The translations under genes and the position numbers were made by a program. 64,000 nucleotides of DNA from a virus (taxonomy: Duplodnaviria > Caudoviricetes): the IMG/VR virus record IMGVR_UViG_3300032312_001958. One strand, given 5' to 3'. Numbering within the stretch: the first letter of the stretch is position 1; each line of letters opens with the position of its first letter. The notes under the pieces are model-generated. The model was not told the DNA's origin. It worked only from the letters and a program-made list of their open reading frames with translations, and ran no database searches. Shown here piece after piece: positions 29,810 to 39,892 of this stretch.

Positions 29810-30796
29810 ATGAATAAGGAAACTAAAAAATTAAAAAAAATAAATCACGTGCTCAAATCTTTAATAAAAGAAGGGAATATTAAAAGTTTGAGATTATTAG
29901 ATGACGGAGAGTTTTATTCTGTGGTTGCTGAAGTAACATATCCTTATTCAATTAATCCTGAAATAGTTGAAAACATTATTGAAAATTTTTTAGAAAAAGT
30001 TAATGATGAATGGATTAGGATTGATAAAGACATTAGTGATATTGATTTAATTTTTATTGAAGAAACAAAAAAATTAAATGAATCAGTTAGTACTAAAAGA
30101 AAAAAAATAACTGAAAATGAAATTATGAAACTTGAAAAAATGTTGAATAAGTTCATGCCGAATTATTTTGAGTGGTGGGTTAACTGTAAAATTACTTTTT
30201 GTGATTACAGTAAAGTGTTTGATACTATAATTCTTGAAACTGAATTAAAAGTTTTAGATGAGTGGGCATACGAAAGTTTCAGAGAATATTACAACACAAC
30301 CAATTTTCCTAATATTCCTGAAGATGAATTAGTTTTGGAGGAGATAATCGGAAGTAAATTATCAAAAGATATTAACGAAAAAATTAAAGCAATTATTCAA
30401 TCTGTTTTGGGTGAAATTGTAGAAGTATTAATTTTTGACGCAGTGATTGTTGAGTTAGTTGAAAGAGATAATGTCCCTGATAAAATACTTGATGAACAGT
30501 TAACTAAACCAAACAACAATAGTATTTTAAAAGATTATAAAAAAATAATTTTTACAGGTAATACTCACCAAGAACTTGGACTTAGTCGTATAGAAACACC
30601 CCAAAGTCTATTAGATAAGATAAATAAAAATTTTTCAGTTCCTGTTTTTAGAATAAATTCTGAGGGATATGATTTTCCTGTTTATAGATTAGAAGGTAAA
30701 TTTGTACATAATGGTAAAAAATATACCATTGATTTAAGACCTGAAAAAGGTCCTAATTTTGCATTAATTGGTATAATAAAGATTCCAATAAATTAA
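29810..30796 (+). CDS. hypothetical multi-module protein
   Basis: 328-aa ORF; middle part resembles N-terminal half of 38428 ORF (K.L...F.WW). Confidence 0.65.
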   Translation: MNKETKKLKKINHVLKSLIKEGNIKSLRLLDDGEFYSVVAEVTYPYSINPEIVENIIENFLEKVNDEWIRIDKDISDIDLIFIEETKKLNESVSTKRKKITENEIMKLEKMLNKFMPNYFEWWVNCKITFCDYSKVFDTIILETELKVLDEWAYESFREYYNTTNFPNIPEDELVLEEIIGSKLSKDINEKIKAIIQSVLGEIVEVLIFDAVIVELVERDNVPDKILDEQLTKPNNNSILKDYKKIIFTGNTHQELGLSRIETPQSLLDKINKNFSVPVFRINSEGYDFPVYRLEGKFVHNGKKYTIDLRPEKGPNFALIGIIKIPIN

Positions 30797-31470
30797 TATC
30801 GTATTCTTTGACCACTAGGGTCGTAAAACATTACATCTAAATCAAGATACATATATTCTTTATTTGTTAGTAAAGTATTAGTCCAAATATAGTCCATTGC
30901 TGAGTCGTATTTGTTATCAAGATAATCAGAGAATGACTTTTCATTGAATAAGAAATCTAGTATGTCAAATAATCTTTTGTTAGTTTCTGCCGGCTCACCA
31001 TCATAGTGAGAGTCAGTTAACTGAATTTTAATTTGTATTCTGTTCGTATCACCATCAGATGTTATGTCAACAAATTCAGATATTACCTCAGAATCAAAAT
31101 CACCGTACCAAATGTTGGTTACATTTGAAACTAAACTCATCATTTGTCTTGTATCTGTTCTATTTAAATATACTTCATTTATACTGACCTCATCAAAGTA
31201 GAATTTAAAAAATTGTTTTAAGTAGTAAAAAGTTGAAGGACCTGGTGTAGATTGAGGAGGTATAAATTCAGTAAAAAAAGATATTACATCATTAAAAAAT
31301 TCAATAACTACATATGGATTGTATGATAAGTTATTGGGATTTGAAATGTATATATTAATTAAGTTTTTTGACTCATCATATTCTGATTTATATGTTAATC
31401 CACCAATATTAACTTTGTTGTTTTTAATAAGTGTGTTATAGAGTTTTTGAACTAATTTATTATCCACCAT
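30793..31470 (-). CDS. hypothetical protein, probable paralog of 33712-34413
   Basis: shared I.NPN.L.Y motif and C-terminal D..Y/W..hDhD/N.F. Confidence 0.65.
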   Translation of the reverse strand: MVDNKLVQKLYNTLIKNNKVNIGGLTYKSEYDESKNLINIYISNPNNLSYNPYVVIEFFNDVISFFTEFIPPQSTPGPSTFYYLKQFFKFYFDEVSINEVYLNRTDTRQMMSLVSNVTNIWYGDFDSEVISEFVDITSDGDTNRIQIKIQLTDSHYDGEPAETNKRLFDILDFLFNEKSFSDYLDNKYDSAMDYIWTNTLLTNKEYMYLDLDVMFYDPSGQRIRY

Positions 31471-31520
31471 AATATGATAAATATACTTTAAAGTTAATTA
31501 ATTTATTGTTAATATTGGGT

Positions 31521-32528
31521 ATGATTAATTATGCGGATGTAATTGTGGACCTTCAGGCGGGGGACACAGGGAAAGGTAAGGTATGTAATACTTTAAGTCA
31601 AACCCCAAATGAATATACACATGTTGTAAGATATAATGGAGGTGGAAATGCGGGTCACACTATATATAAAAAAGGTAAAAAGATAGTAACTCATTTTATT
31701 CCATCAGGAATTGTGAATGGTGTTAAGTCAATTATTGGACCAGGTTGTGTTGTTAACCCAATTAGTTTATTCCACGAGATTCAACAACTTGAGGCGAGTG
31801 GAATTGAAGTTATGGGTAATTTGTTTATTGATAAACGAGCTCACATTATTCGACCTGAACACACAACCGAGGACTCCAAAGACCAAGAGATTGGAACGAC
31901 TAAAACAGGTAATGGACCTGCATATCGTGATAAGTATTATCGTAAGGGAGTTAGAGTTGAACAAGCGGAATTACTTGAACAATATGTTTGTGATATCTAT
32001 GAGGAATTCCATGGTAAAGATGAGGTGAAGATTTTATTTGAAGGAGCTCAAGGATTTGAATTGGATATTGATTGGGGTGATTATCCTTACGTTACATCAT
32101 CTCATTGTACAGTAGGTAGTGCAGTTCTTAATGGAGTTCCACCCCAAAGAATTAGAAAGGTTTATGGAGTTTGTAAAGCATATAATACATATGTTGGGGC
32201 AAAACAATTTGAAGGACCTACTAAAATATTTGAAAAAATTAGGGAGGTGGGTAATGAATACGGTTCAACTACAGGAAGACCAAGACAAATTGGTTGGACT
32301 AATTTAGATGACTTAATTAGAGCTGCAAATATTAATGGAGTTACTAACTTAGTTGTAAATAAGGTTGATGTACTTGAGAAGGTAGGGACATTTATGTTAA
32401 TATATAAAAAACAATTAATAAGTTTTGTACATAAAGAATTCTTCAAAATATTTTTTGAAAACAACATTAAACAGAATTGTCCTTTGGTTAGAGAAATAAT
32501 CTTTTCGGAAAGTGCTGAAACAATCTAA
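31521..32528 (+). CDS. purA: adenylosuccinate synthetase (short form)
   Basis: Q.GDTGKGK, GGGNAGHT, IGTT..GNGPAY, FEGAQG..LD.DWG.YP.VTSS, GSTTGRPR, NKVD. Confidence 0.9.
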   Translation: MINYADVIVDLQAGDTGKGKVCNTLSQTPNEYTHVVRYNGGGNAGHTIYKKGKKIVTHFIPSGIVNGVKSIIGPGCVVNPISLFHEIQQLEASGIEVMGNLFIDKRAHIIRPEHTTEDSKDQEIGTTKTGNGPAYRDKYYRKGVRVEQAELLEQYVCDIYEEFHGKDEVKILFEGAQGFELDIDWGDYPYVTSSHCTVGSAVLNGVPPQRIRKVYGVCKAYNTYVGAKQFEGPTKIFEKIREVGNEYGSTTGRPRQIGWTNLDDLIRAANINGVTNLVVNKVDVLEKVGTFMLIYKKQLISFVHKEFFKIFFENNIKQNCPLVREIIFSESAETI

Positions 32529-32551
32529 AAAGGTTAATATTTATTTAAATA

Positions 32552-33715
32552 ATGAAAGATTTAATTAAGAAAGTTTTAACGGAACATTTGTTAACGGAGG
32601 GTGACCACCCAATACTTTACGATAAATATGAATTTGATGGTGCTAGTGTGTCACATTTTAAAACTGGAACCAATGTTTTTTTAGATAACAGTGTAAATAT
32701 TGTAAATGACACATTCCAAGACACTGAATGTATTGAAAATACTGATATATGTATTCCATTCACTACTTTAGTACATGGTGTTAACGAATACAGAGTACCT
32801 CAATGGGATAAGGACGGAAAACAAATCCTTAAAATCTCAATTAATGGTAATTTATATTTGACTTTAAAAGATTTTGAGAAGTACCTAAAAGGATATGATT
32901 TAGGTAGTTCTGATATAAATTTAGATGATATTGCTGCAAGAATAAAAACTGAAAAATTATTTTTATCGACACTTAATGAAATAATGGAAAACATTTATTC
33001 AAAATTAAAAAGTGAAGATGGCGAGCCATTATTTGGTGAATCAGTTAAGGATGATAAATGTAAAACTAACCGTGGGGTTATTAATTTCAGAGGAGTTAAG
33101 TATGGTGTTGGATATAAGTTAGTTTCAGACTGGTCAATATTAAATTATTTCAATACAAATTCAGGTGTGATTAAATTCTTATTAAGAGAATATATGAATG
33201 TAACTGAAGTTAACCTTTCTGACTTCACTAAAAACTTTAAAAATGAACAAACAAAATTTATAAATTGGATTAAAAAAAACCAAGTTTATCTTTTTGGTCC
33301 TGAATCTCAGTTTTTGGATAAGATGGAAAGAATAAATCTAACCTCATTAAATTCAGGTATCCAAAGAGAACAACAAGCGGTAATGATATTAATGAAGTTA
33401 CATAATCTTGGTGAGGAAGGGATAACAGAGTACTGTCCTGGGTCAATCGAGGATACAATATATGGTAGAGATGTAAGAATAAACTTAGAGACTCCAATTT
33501 ATTATCAGATAAAACCACTTAATGGTTTAATTAAAAAAACTGAAAATGGGTACCTTGTTCCAACTCACAGTATGAAAAGATACCCTAAGACTGTGGATAA
33601 ATTTATTTTTGTTGGTAAAAATGGTAAGTACATTATTTTCCAAAATGAGAATTATGAAGTTTCCAAAAAGGGGGATTTTGTGACTTTTAAAAATGAACCA
33701 ATAACACAAAACTAA
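32552..33715 (+). CDS. leader-bearing protein with possible C-terminal PD-(D/E)XK nuclease fold
   Basis: MKDLIKKVLTE leader; E...D...G.D......YQIK pattern. Confidence 0.5.
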   Translation: MKDLIKKVLTEHLLTEGDHPILYDKYEFDGASVSHFKTGTNVFLDNSVNIVNDTFQDTECIENTDICIPFTTLVHGVNEYRVPQWDKDGKQILKISINGNLYLTLKDFEKYLKGYDLGSSDINLDDIAARIKTEKLFLSTLNEIMENIYSKLKSEDGEPLFGESVKDDKCKTNRGVINFRGVKYGVGYKLVSDWSILNYFNTNSGVIKFLLREYMNVTEVNLSDFTKNFKNEQTKFINWIKKNQVYLFGPESQFLDKMERINLTSLNSGIQREQQAVMILMKLHNLGEEGITEYCPGSIEDTIYGRDVRINLETPIYYQIKPLNGLIKKTENGYLVPTHSMKRYPKTVDKFIFVGKNGKYIIFQNENYEVSKKGDFVTFKNEPITQN

Positions 33716-34413
33716 ATTGGGAATACATTAACGTCTATAAATTGCCAATTTGTGTCAATAAATGTTTTAGTATCTACAATAGGACTTAAACAATCCCAGA
33801 TTGGGTCCTCAAACAAAATTCTGTCTTCATTTTTGATATCAAATATGAATTCTTCAAAGTCTTTGGGGTCCATCATATAATATTTACCAGTAATTAAGTT
33901 GTCGACAAATACTGAGTTTGTTTTGAATCCGACATCAATTACAAATCTTTCACCATCTGATTCAATATAATATTCCAAATCTGAACAGTCGTAATGACCT
34001 TCTATTGTATAAATTATATTTTTATTATTTCTATATTTTATTGTTGCTTTTTTATTATGAATACATTCTTTAATTTTTTTTGAGTGACCGACATCTAAAT
34101 AAAAATCTGTCATACCATCATTAATTACATTAAATACTATTAATTTATTTGAAATTGTATAATTACTTAAATTAGTTCCGGCTAAAGATTGTATATTAGA
34201 TATAAAATCATCTTGAAAACTGACATATAGATTTGCAAGTGTATACGGTAAGTCATTTGGATTATATATTTCGATTAAAGGTACCTCATAATCAAAATTG
34301 TCTATACTTACCGTTACTTTTTCTTTAGAATTAATTAATTCTATTCCATAAAAATCCCAAGACTTAAAAAAAGTATCAAATACTTTTATAAATCTATTAA
34401 TTTCTTTAATCAT
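33712..34413 (-). CDS. hypothetical protein
   Basis: 233-aa ORF; paralog of 30793. Confidence 0.65.
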   Translation of the reverse strand: MIKEINRFIKVFDTFFKSWDFYGIELINSKEKVTVSIDNFDYEVPLIEIYNPNDLPYTLANLYVSFQDDFISNIQSLAGTNLSNYTISNKLIVFNVINDGMTDFYLDVGHSKKIKECIHNKKATIKYRNNKNIIYTIEGHYDCSDLEYYIESDGERFVIDVGFKTNSVFVDNLITGKYYMMDPKDFEEFIFDIKNEDRILFEDPIWDCLSPIVDTKTFIDTNWQFIDVNVFPI

Positions 34414-34712
34414 TAAAATTCTGGACTCATTATACGTTTTAGTTCATCTAAGTTTTTAGGGTATATAACGTTAGTGACTAAACCTTTAGAATCTTTGGTA
34501 TATGTTTTAATTCTATCGGAAATTTCAACATATTGTGCGGAACCATCAGGATTTTTAAATTCAAATTTATTTGAATTTATTTTTGTGATACCTTTACCTT
34601 TTTGTGACGAAAGAAAATTTACAATATCTTTATAATCACTAACTAATTGTTCATTGACTACTTTTTTAACTATTCTTTGTAAATCTGATTCTGTTAACTT
34701 TATAATTTTCAT
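34413..34712 (-). CDS. LTESDL-leader protein
   Basis: MKIIKLTESDLQRIVKKVVNEQ. Confidence 0.75.
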   Translation of the reverse strand: MKIIKLTESDLQRIVKKVVNEQLVSDYKDIVNFLSSQKGKGITKINSNKFEFKNPDGSAQYVEISDRIKTYTKDSKGLVTNVIYPKNLDELKRIMSPEF

Positions 34713-34747
34713 AATGTTTTTTATTATAAATACTAAATAAATGAAAT

Positions 34748-34771
34748 AAAAAACCCCCTTTTGGGGGTTTT
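34748..34771. terminator. intrinsic terminator (bidirectional-like)
   Basis: AAAACCCCC-TTTT-GGGGGTTTT. Confidence 0.75.
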
Positions 34772-34781
34772 CTTTTTATTC

Positions 34782-35030
34782 TTACAGACCGTACACTTCT
34801 CGGTATTTAACTCCTAAAAGTTCTTTAGCTTTGTTAATTGCTTGTTCTTTATTTTGGAGTCCTTTTTCTACCATTTTTTTAGAGTGATATATGATGTAAT
34901 CAGTTGAGATAACCTCACCAATTGCCCATTTATTTTTACTCTCTTTTGCTGGTTTTAGATTGTCTTTTGCATAGACATCATAAAACCCTACCTTACAGAT
35001 GTAACGACCTTTTGCTGAACTTTTTGCCAT
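34782..35030 (-). CDS. hypothetical basic protein
   Basis: 82-aa ORF followed by terminator. Confidence 0.6.
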   Translation of the reverse strand: MAKSSAKGRYICKVGFYDVYAKDNLKPAKESKNKWAIGEVISTDYIIYHSKKMVEKGLQNKEQAINKAKELLGVKYREVYGL

Positions 35031-35090
35031 AGTTTTTATTTTTATTTTGTTTGATAAATTTAAATGAAATTTTTTTTAATATCAATAGGT

Positions 35091-35534
35091 TTAAGATATA
35101 GAATTACTCAGAGCTATTTGAATATTTGAATATTCTTTGTTACCTGTGACTTCTTCTCCGCAATAGTCAGGAAGTTTTTTTAATTCTTTTTCAAATTCAA
35201 TTTCCACCCAACACTTACCGTTATCTAATACGTCAATATCTACTTGATTTCCGTCAAATTTTGTTTTGTATCTTGTTTTTTCTAATTTAACATCTGTAGA
35301 ATTATAAAGTTCTAATGCTTCATTTATTGGAATTTCATATTCGTATTCTAATTTAGTTACCTCATCTATTTTTGATTTATAAGTAATGGTTGCAGTAATG
35401 GTTTTTCCTTCAATAATCCTAACACGAAGATGTTTCTTACCTTTAACCATTAGATAACCTTGTTTAATTCTGACACCTTTTAAATCTTCAAAAACAGGGT
35501 ATTTCAGTTTAAATTTTCTCTCTTTCTCTATCAT
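35091..35534 (-). CDS. CYTH domain protein
   Basis: E.ERKF, QGYL, RVRI, EYEYEIP, KTRY, EIEF, EVTG...YSN. Confidence 0.88.
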   Translation of the reverse strand: MIEKERKFKLKYPVFEDLKGVRIKQGYLMVKGKKHLRVRIIEGKTITATITYKSKIDEVTKLEYEYEIPINEALELYNSTDVKLEKTRYKTKFDGNQVDIDVLDNGKCWVEIEFEKELKKLPDYCGEEVTGNKEYSNIQIALSNSIS

Positions 35535-35594
35535 AGTACAAATATAGTTAAAAATTACTATTAAATATAATATTTATAAAAGAATATTAAAACA

Positions 35595-36053
35595 ATGGGG
35601 ATAGAAAAAATAATCAAACAAGTGTTGAAAGAGGAATTTACCAATCAAATGTGTAAATCTCCTGAAGTTAATAGAAAGTTTAGGGAATATAAAATTTATC
35701 GTAATGGTAAATGTGGAACACAAGTATTTGACGAAATTAACAATAATATTAAAAAAATTAATAATTACCCAAAGACAGTAATTAATGTTGGGGTGTATTC
35801 AGGTAAAACAAAAAATGAAGTTTTATCAATATTAAATAAACAAAAACAAGAAAAACTATACCAACAATGCGGAGGTGTAATGTTTAAAGGTAAAGAACCA
35901 AGTCTTAAAGGTGGAAAGGTTGACCCTTGTACAATACCTTCAATAGTTAATGATTATAAAAATGAACAAGCCCGTAAAGCTTATAATATAACAATGGGAT
36001 ATCCTGAAAATGAAGATATATTCAGTGGAGGACCAATCTCACCAATGATATGA
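35595..36053 (+). CDS. IKxVLKEE-leader protein
   Basis: MGIEKIIKQVLKEE. Confidence 0.65.
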   Translation: MGIEKIIKQVLKEEFTNQMCKSPEVNRKFREYKIYRNGKCGTQVFDEINNNIKKINNYPKTVINVGVYSGKTKNEVLSILNKQKQEKLYQQCGGVMFKGKEPSLKGGKVDPCTIPSIVNDYKNEQARKAYNITMGYPENEDIFSGGPISPMI

Positions 36054-36433
36054 AATACCTAATCACAGAATCCCAACATGGGAGGTTAAAGAACTATATG
36101 ATATCATATTTTGATATACTGTTCCAGCCTGATTCAATTCATTATACTCATCCGTATGTTTACGATTATGAAGGGAATGAAACTGAAGACCGAAACGTGT
36201 TTGAATTTTATTATGGTAACTATATGGATGAGGATTTTGTCTTCACTTGGTATGGTAGTGATTACTATGATGAGGATGAGGATTATGACTTAAAAGTAAT
36301 GTCACCAATAGTACAAGTTGCAATTGATAGGTCATATGAACTTGATGGTATTTTTGGCGAAGATAAATGGGAAGAGACATTTAAAGAATGGTTCAAAGAA
36401 ACTTTCGGATTGGATGTTAAAACCGTAAAATAG
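36050..36433 (+). CDS. MKYLITESQ-family protein
   Basis: leader and C-terminal WF.ETFGL.VK. Confidence 0.75.
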   Translation: MKYLITESQHGRLKNYMISYFDILFQPDSIHYTHPYVYDYEGNETEDRNVFEFYYGNYMDEDFVFTWYGSDYYDEDEDYDLKVMSPIVQVAIDRSYELDGIFGEDKWEETFKEWFKETFGLDVKTVK

Positions 36434-36676
36434 TTACTTCATATTCTTTAAAACAATTTCAAGTACTCCAATAGTATCCTTATCTTTTTGAGTCTTCTTA
36501 GTCTTAGAATTAAGTTCTTTAAGTGCTAACACTAATTCTTCTTTTTTATTTGATTCTTTTCTAATTTGACGGTGTCCAGTACATTTTGACATGTGTAACT
36601 CATTCTCAAGCTCCAAGATACGAGACTCAAGGTACTTGATTCTTTGTTCATATTGGTATATAGTTGAGTTGTTCAT
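36434..36676 (-). CDS. hypothetical coiled-coil protein
   Basis: 80-aa ORF. Confidence 0.55.
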   Translation of the reverse strand: MNNSTIYQYEQRIKYLESRILELENELHMSKCTGHRQIRKESNKKEELVLALKELNSKTKKTQKDKDTIGVLEIVLKNMK

Positions 36677-36709
36677 ATAGAATACGAAGATACGACATAT
36701 TTATTAATT

Positions 36710-37141
36710 ATGAAAGAATTAATCAGGAAAGTTTTGACCGAATCACGAGAGGTGAAAACTAATGATTTTACAGGACTTGAAAAAGTTATTGTAAAAGATG
36801 CTGAAAAACTAATTAAAGATTATCCTTATTTAGATTCGGTTTACGGAGTTAATTCTATTGAAGAAGTTGGTGATAACTTAGAAGGTAGAGTTATTGTTAA
36901 GTTAAAACCTGGACTAAGTAAGTATTTCAGGAAAAGTAATAGTGATTATGACGAAGTTAATAATTTTTATATATATTATGGTATACAAGTTCATAATACA
37001 ATACCAAAGGATTTATCAGACTCTGCTGACATTTATACATTTGAAGCAAGGTTAGAGGATTCACTTAATCCCAAACTTGGGTTAAATACTAAAAATGGAA
37101 AATTCAACGTGTATTTCATTTTACTACCTATACGAGAATAA
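36710..37141 (+). CDS. IRKVLTE-leader protein
   Basis: MKELIRKVLTES. Confidence 0.7.
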   Translation: MKELIRKVLTESREVKTNDFTGLEKVIVKDAEKLIKDYPYLDSVYGVNSIEEVGDNLEGRVIVKLKPGLSKYFRKSNSDYDEVNNFYIYYGIQVHNTIPKDLSDSADIYTFEARLEDSLNPKLGLNTKNGKFNVYFILLPIRE

Positions 37142-37299
37142 TTTTGATTTATAAAAGAAACGGGCTTAGGACCGCTGTAGTTTAGGCTACATTAACCCCA
37201 TCGAATTCGCTACTCGGTGGGGTTTTCATTTAATATTAGATTTGTATATTTATATAATGTATACCTAAAAGTATTCAATAACAATGTATTTATTATAAT

Positions 37300-37629
37300 A
37301 TGATACTAACTTCTGAAAGAGCTGAAAAATTATTTAATTCGGATTATATTAAGAAAATATATCCAATGATTGACAAGATTGATGCTGAAGTTGTATGGGA
37401 TGGGGACGAAGATTTTCCTTTTTATAAAATTTATTTAACAGTAAAGTTAAACGACCCAACAATAACAAGTAAAAATATGTACGATAAGGGATTTGACCCA
37501 CATTATTTGTATCAGGAACATTTAAAGTACCTACTACAATTTTTAAATATTAACTCAAATACTGCAACTATAGAACAAGTGTATATTAAAACATTAGGAC
37601 CTGATGGGGAGGAAATAAATTATTACTAA
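37300..37629 (+). CDS. hypothetical protein
   Basis: TATTTAT upstream; IK..YP...I motif shared with 53347. Confidence 0.65.
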   Translation: MILTSERAEKLFNSDYIKKIYPMIDKIDAEVVWDGDEDFPFYKIYLTVKLNDPTITSKNMYDKGFDPHYLYQEHLKYLLQFLNINSNTATIEQVYIKTLGPDGEEINYY

Positions 37630-37630
37630 T

Positions 37631-38410
37631 ATGAGATTAAAAGAAGAAATATCGGATAATAATTTAAGTCGTAGATTAAAATTAGAAAAAATAATTGCAT
37701 CATTTGTTAAAGGAACATTTGACAAAAATATCTTGACTAATAATTTCCATGATGTTGAGGTTAATATTTTTAATACTGATTATGGAACACAATGTCATGT
37801 TACCGTTTTAATGAAAAATCCTTTTTCAGGTGAAGAGTCAGATAGATTTCATAATAGTTTGAGGAATGTTAGGTCAGTCATTCGTGATGTTTTTCCTGAG
37901 TTTAACGCAGGGATAAGTTTTAACACTGAAACACTTGATTCGTATAACAAAGGTAAATGGTGGTATGAGGAAAAAAAGAAACCAATCAAAGAGAGTGAGA
38001 ATAAGATATTAAATCTTATTGAAAGACAAGGACTATTTAATTTTCTTAATATATCTGAATTAAATCCATACCAGCTTGGTAAGACTTTTGATTTAGATTC
38101 TTTACCGAAAGGTGTTAAATACCAATTCTTGGATGATACTTCGGAACATTTAGTTAGTCAATGGATAAGTGATTATGTTAGTAGTGATAAAATGTCGTCT
38201 TTGATGTATAAAACTAAAACTGACAATGGTTATAGGAATTACGAACTTCAGTATTTTGGTGAGGGTGGAGTAACGGGAGAAAGATTTGATAATGAAGGTA
38301 AGTATCGTGGACTTGTAAACTTGGCTTACTCACAATTACCTGAACACATATTTAATAATTTATATGAAATAGTATTATATGATGTATATTATAAAGGTAT
38401 ATATAAGTAA
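37631..38410 (+). CDS. hypothetical two-module protein
   Basis: 259-aa ORF with internal IKESE. Confidence 0.65.
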   Translation: MRLKEEISDNNLSRRLKLEKIIASFVKGTFDKNILTNNFHDVEVNIFNTDYGTQCHVTVLMKNPFSGEESDRFHNSLRNVRSVIRDVFPEFNAGISFNTETLDSYNKGKWWYEEKKKPIKESENKILNLIERQGLFNFLNISELNPYQLGKTFDLDSLPKGVKYQFLDDTSEHLVSQWISDYVSSDKMSSLMYKTKTDNGYRNYELQYFGEGGVTGERFDNEGKYRGLVNLAYSQLPEHIFNNLYEIVLYDVYYKGIYK

Positions 38411-38427
38411 GATTGAAGAATTATATA

Positions 38428-39480
38428 ATGAAAGAGTCACTTAATTTAACCGAACCACAATTAAAAATATTCAATAAGGTATTGAATAAGAAACTATCCC
38501 AAAATTTCCCTTGGTGGTTTGAAGGTATTGAAATATTTCGTGCTGGATTTAATCATGGTCAGAAAAACTTGTATATGGATGGAAATATTTATGTTGATGC
38601 TGATTGGATGGGTGAGCAGTGGATAAAATATAATGATTATAAACCAGTACCTGAATTTGGAACTGATTATGATGAATACACTTTTTCAGATTTGATTGGG
38701 GTAAATGACGGATGGATTGATAGGCTCAAAGAAATATTTCTATCAGTATTCTATTCAATACACGGAGGGGACTACCCTAAATACCTATCATTTAGTTGGC
38801 TTAATGTTAAACCTGTTGAAACTAAAGAACAGATGAAAGAAAACAATTTTTTAAAAGAACATATTAGAAAAGTAATACAAGAAGAAGTTAGTAGAAAATT
38901 CTTGAAACCAAATGAGAAAACTGAAAAACTTATATTAGATAAATTGAATAAGATTTTTTCAGATATGAATATGTATCACACTGAAAGTTATAAAACAAGA
39001 CACGATATTGAGTTTTGTAAAAATGGTAAAAAAATGATGAATTTAGCATTGTTTTTTGAAGAAACTGATGACCGAAGACCAACATCTGAAAGAAAATTCA
39101 TGGAGTCATTTTTATTTATACCCAAAGAGTTCGTTAACGATATATTAAATTATATACCTATTAGAAAAAATTATCTTATTTACTTAATTGAAGAATGGTT
39201 TGAAGATAATTTTCTTGATGATGTAATAAATGAAATGGGTAGAGATGATATATCTATTGATGAATTAAGATTTACGGATAGAGTTGATGTATGTGTACCA
39301 CCAGTTACTGAAAAACCTGAAGGTGTTACCCAAGATGAGATGATTGAGGTTATTATGAAAAATACACTATGGCGTAAACAAAAATTATTGGATTTAGAAG
39401 AAAGAGAACCTGGGTCTATAGAAAATATGTATTTAATGAAACTTCGTAATAATGAAATTAACAGATTAGATAATAATTAA
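38428..39480 (+). CDS. hypothetical multi-module protein (start revised)
   Basis: internal leader-like LKEHIRKVIQEE. Confidence 0.7.
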   Translation: MKESLNLTEPQLKIFNKVLNKKLSQNFPWWFEGIEIFRAGFNHGQKNLYMDGNIYVDADWMGEQWIKYNDYKPVPEFGTDYDEYTFSDLIGVNDGWIDRLKEIFLSVFYSIHGGDYPKYLSFSWLNVKPVETKEQMKENNFLKEHIRKVIQEEVSRKFLKPNEKTEKLILDKLNKIFSDMNMYHTESYKTRHDIEFCKNGKKMMNLALFFEETDDRRPTSERKFMESFLFIPKEFVNDILNYIPIRKNYLIYLIEEWFEDNFLDDVINEMGRDDISIDELRFTDRVDVCVPPVTEKPEGVTQDEMIEVIMKNTLWRKQKLLDLEEREPGSIENMYLMKLRNNEINRLDNN

Positions 39481-39486
39481 AATATT

Positions 39487-39891
39487 ATGAACTTACAAGA
39501 ACACATAAGAAGAGTATTGAGGGAAACGGTTAACGAATCCAAAGATTGGAGAGAGTCGAATCAAAAATTAGAAAGAACTTTCAAATTCAAAGATTTTAAT
39601 GACTCAATTGATTTTGTTAATAAAGTTGCGAAAATTGCTGAAACACAAAACCATCATCCCGATATTGAAATAAAATATAACAAAGTAAAGATATCAATAA
39701 CAGACCACGAAAAAGGTGGAGTATCTGACAAATGTCATAAATTAGTAAAATCCATTGATGATATGGAAAATGAAGAATTAACAGAATATGCGAGAACATT
39801 AAAAAATGCGAGAAAACAGGGAATTGGGTTAAGATTTCCAAAGTCAGCAATAAAGGCAAATCCAGCAAGGTTTAGACCTTACAACAGGTAA
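39487..39891 (+). CDS. pterin-4-alpha-carbinolamine dehydratase with N-terminal leader
   Basis: W....L.R.F.FKDF...FVN.VA..AE..NHHPDI...Y.KV....TDH..GG. Confidence 0.85.
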   Translation: MNLQEHIRRVLRETVNESKDWRESNQKLERTFKFKDFNDSIDFVNKVAKIAETQNHHPDIEIKYNKVKISITDHEKGGVSDKCHKLVKSIDDMENEELTEYARTLKNARKQGIGLRFPKSAIKANPARFRPYNR

Positions 39892-39892
39892 T

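Noticed and set aside
31521-32528. Possible PurZ (2-aminoadenine DNA pathway)
   Set aside because: Retains the PurA catalytic Asp (GDTGKG rather than GSTGKG) and the TTGRPR arginine; no Z-pathway partner genes in the window.
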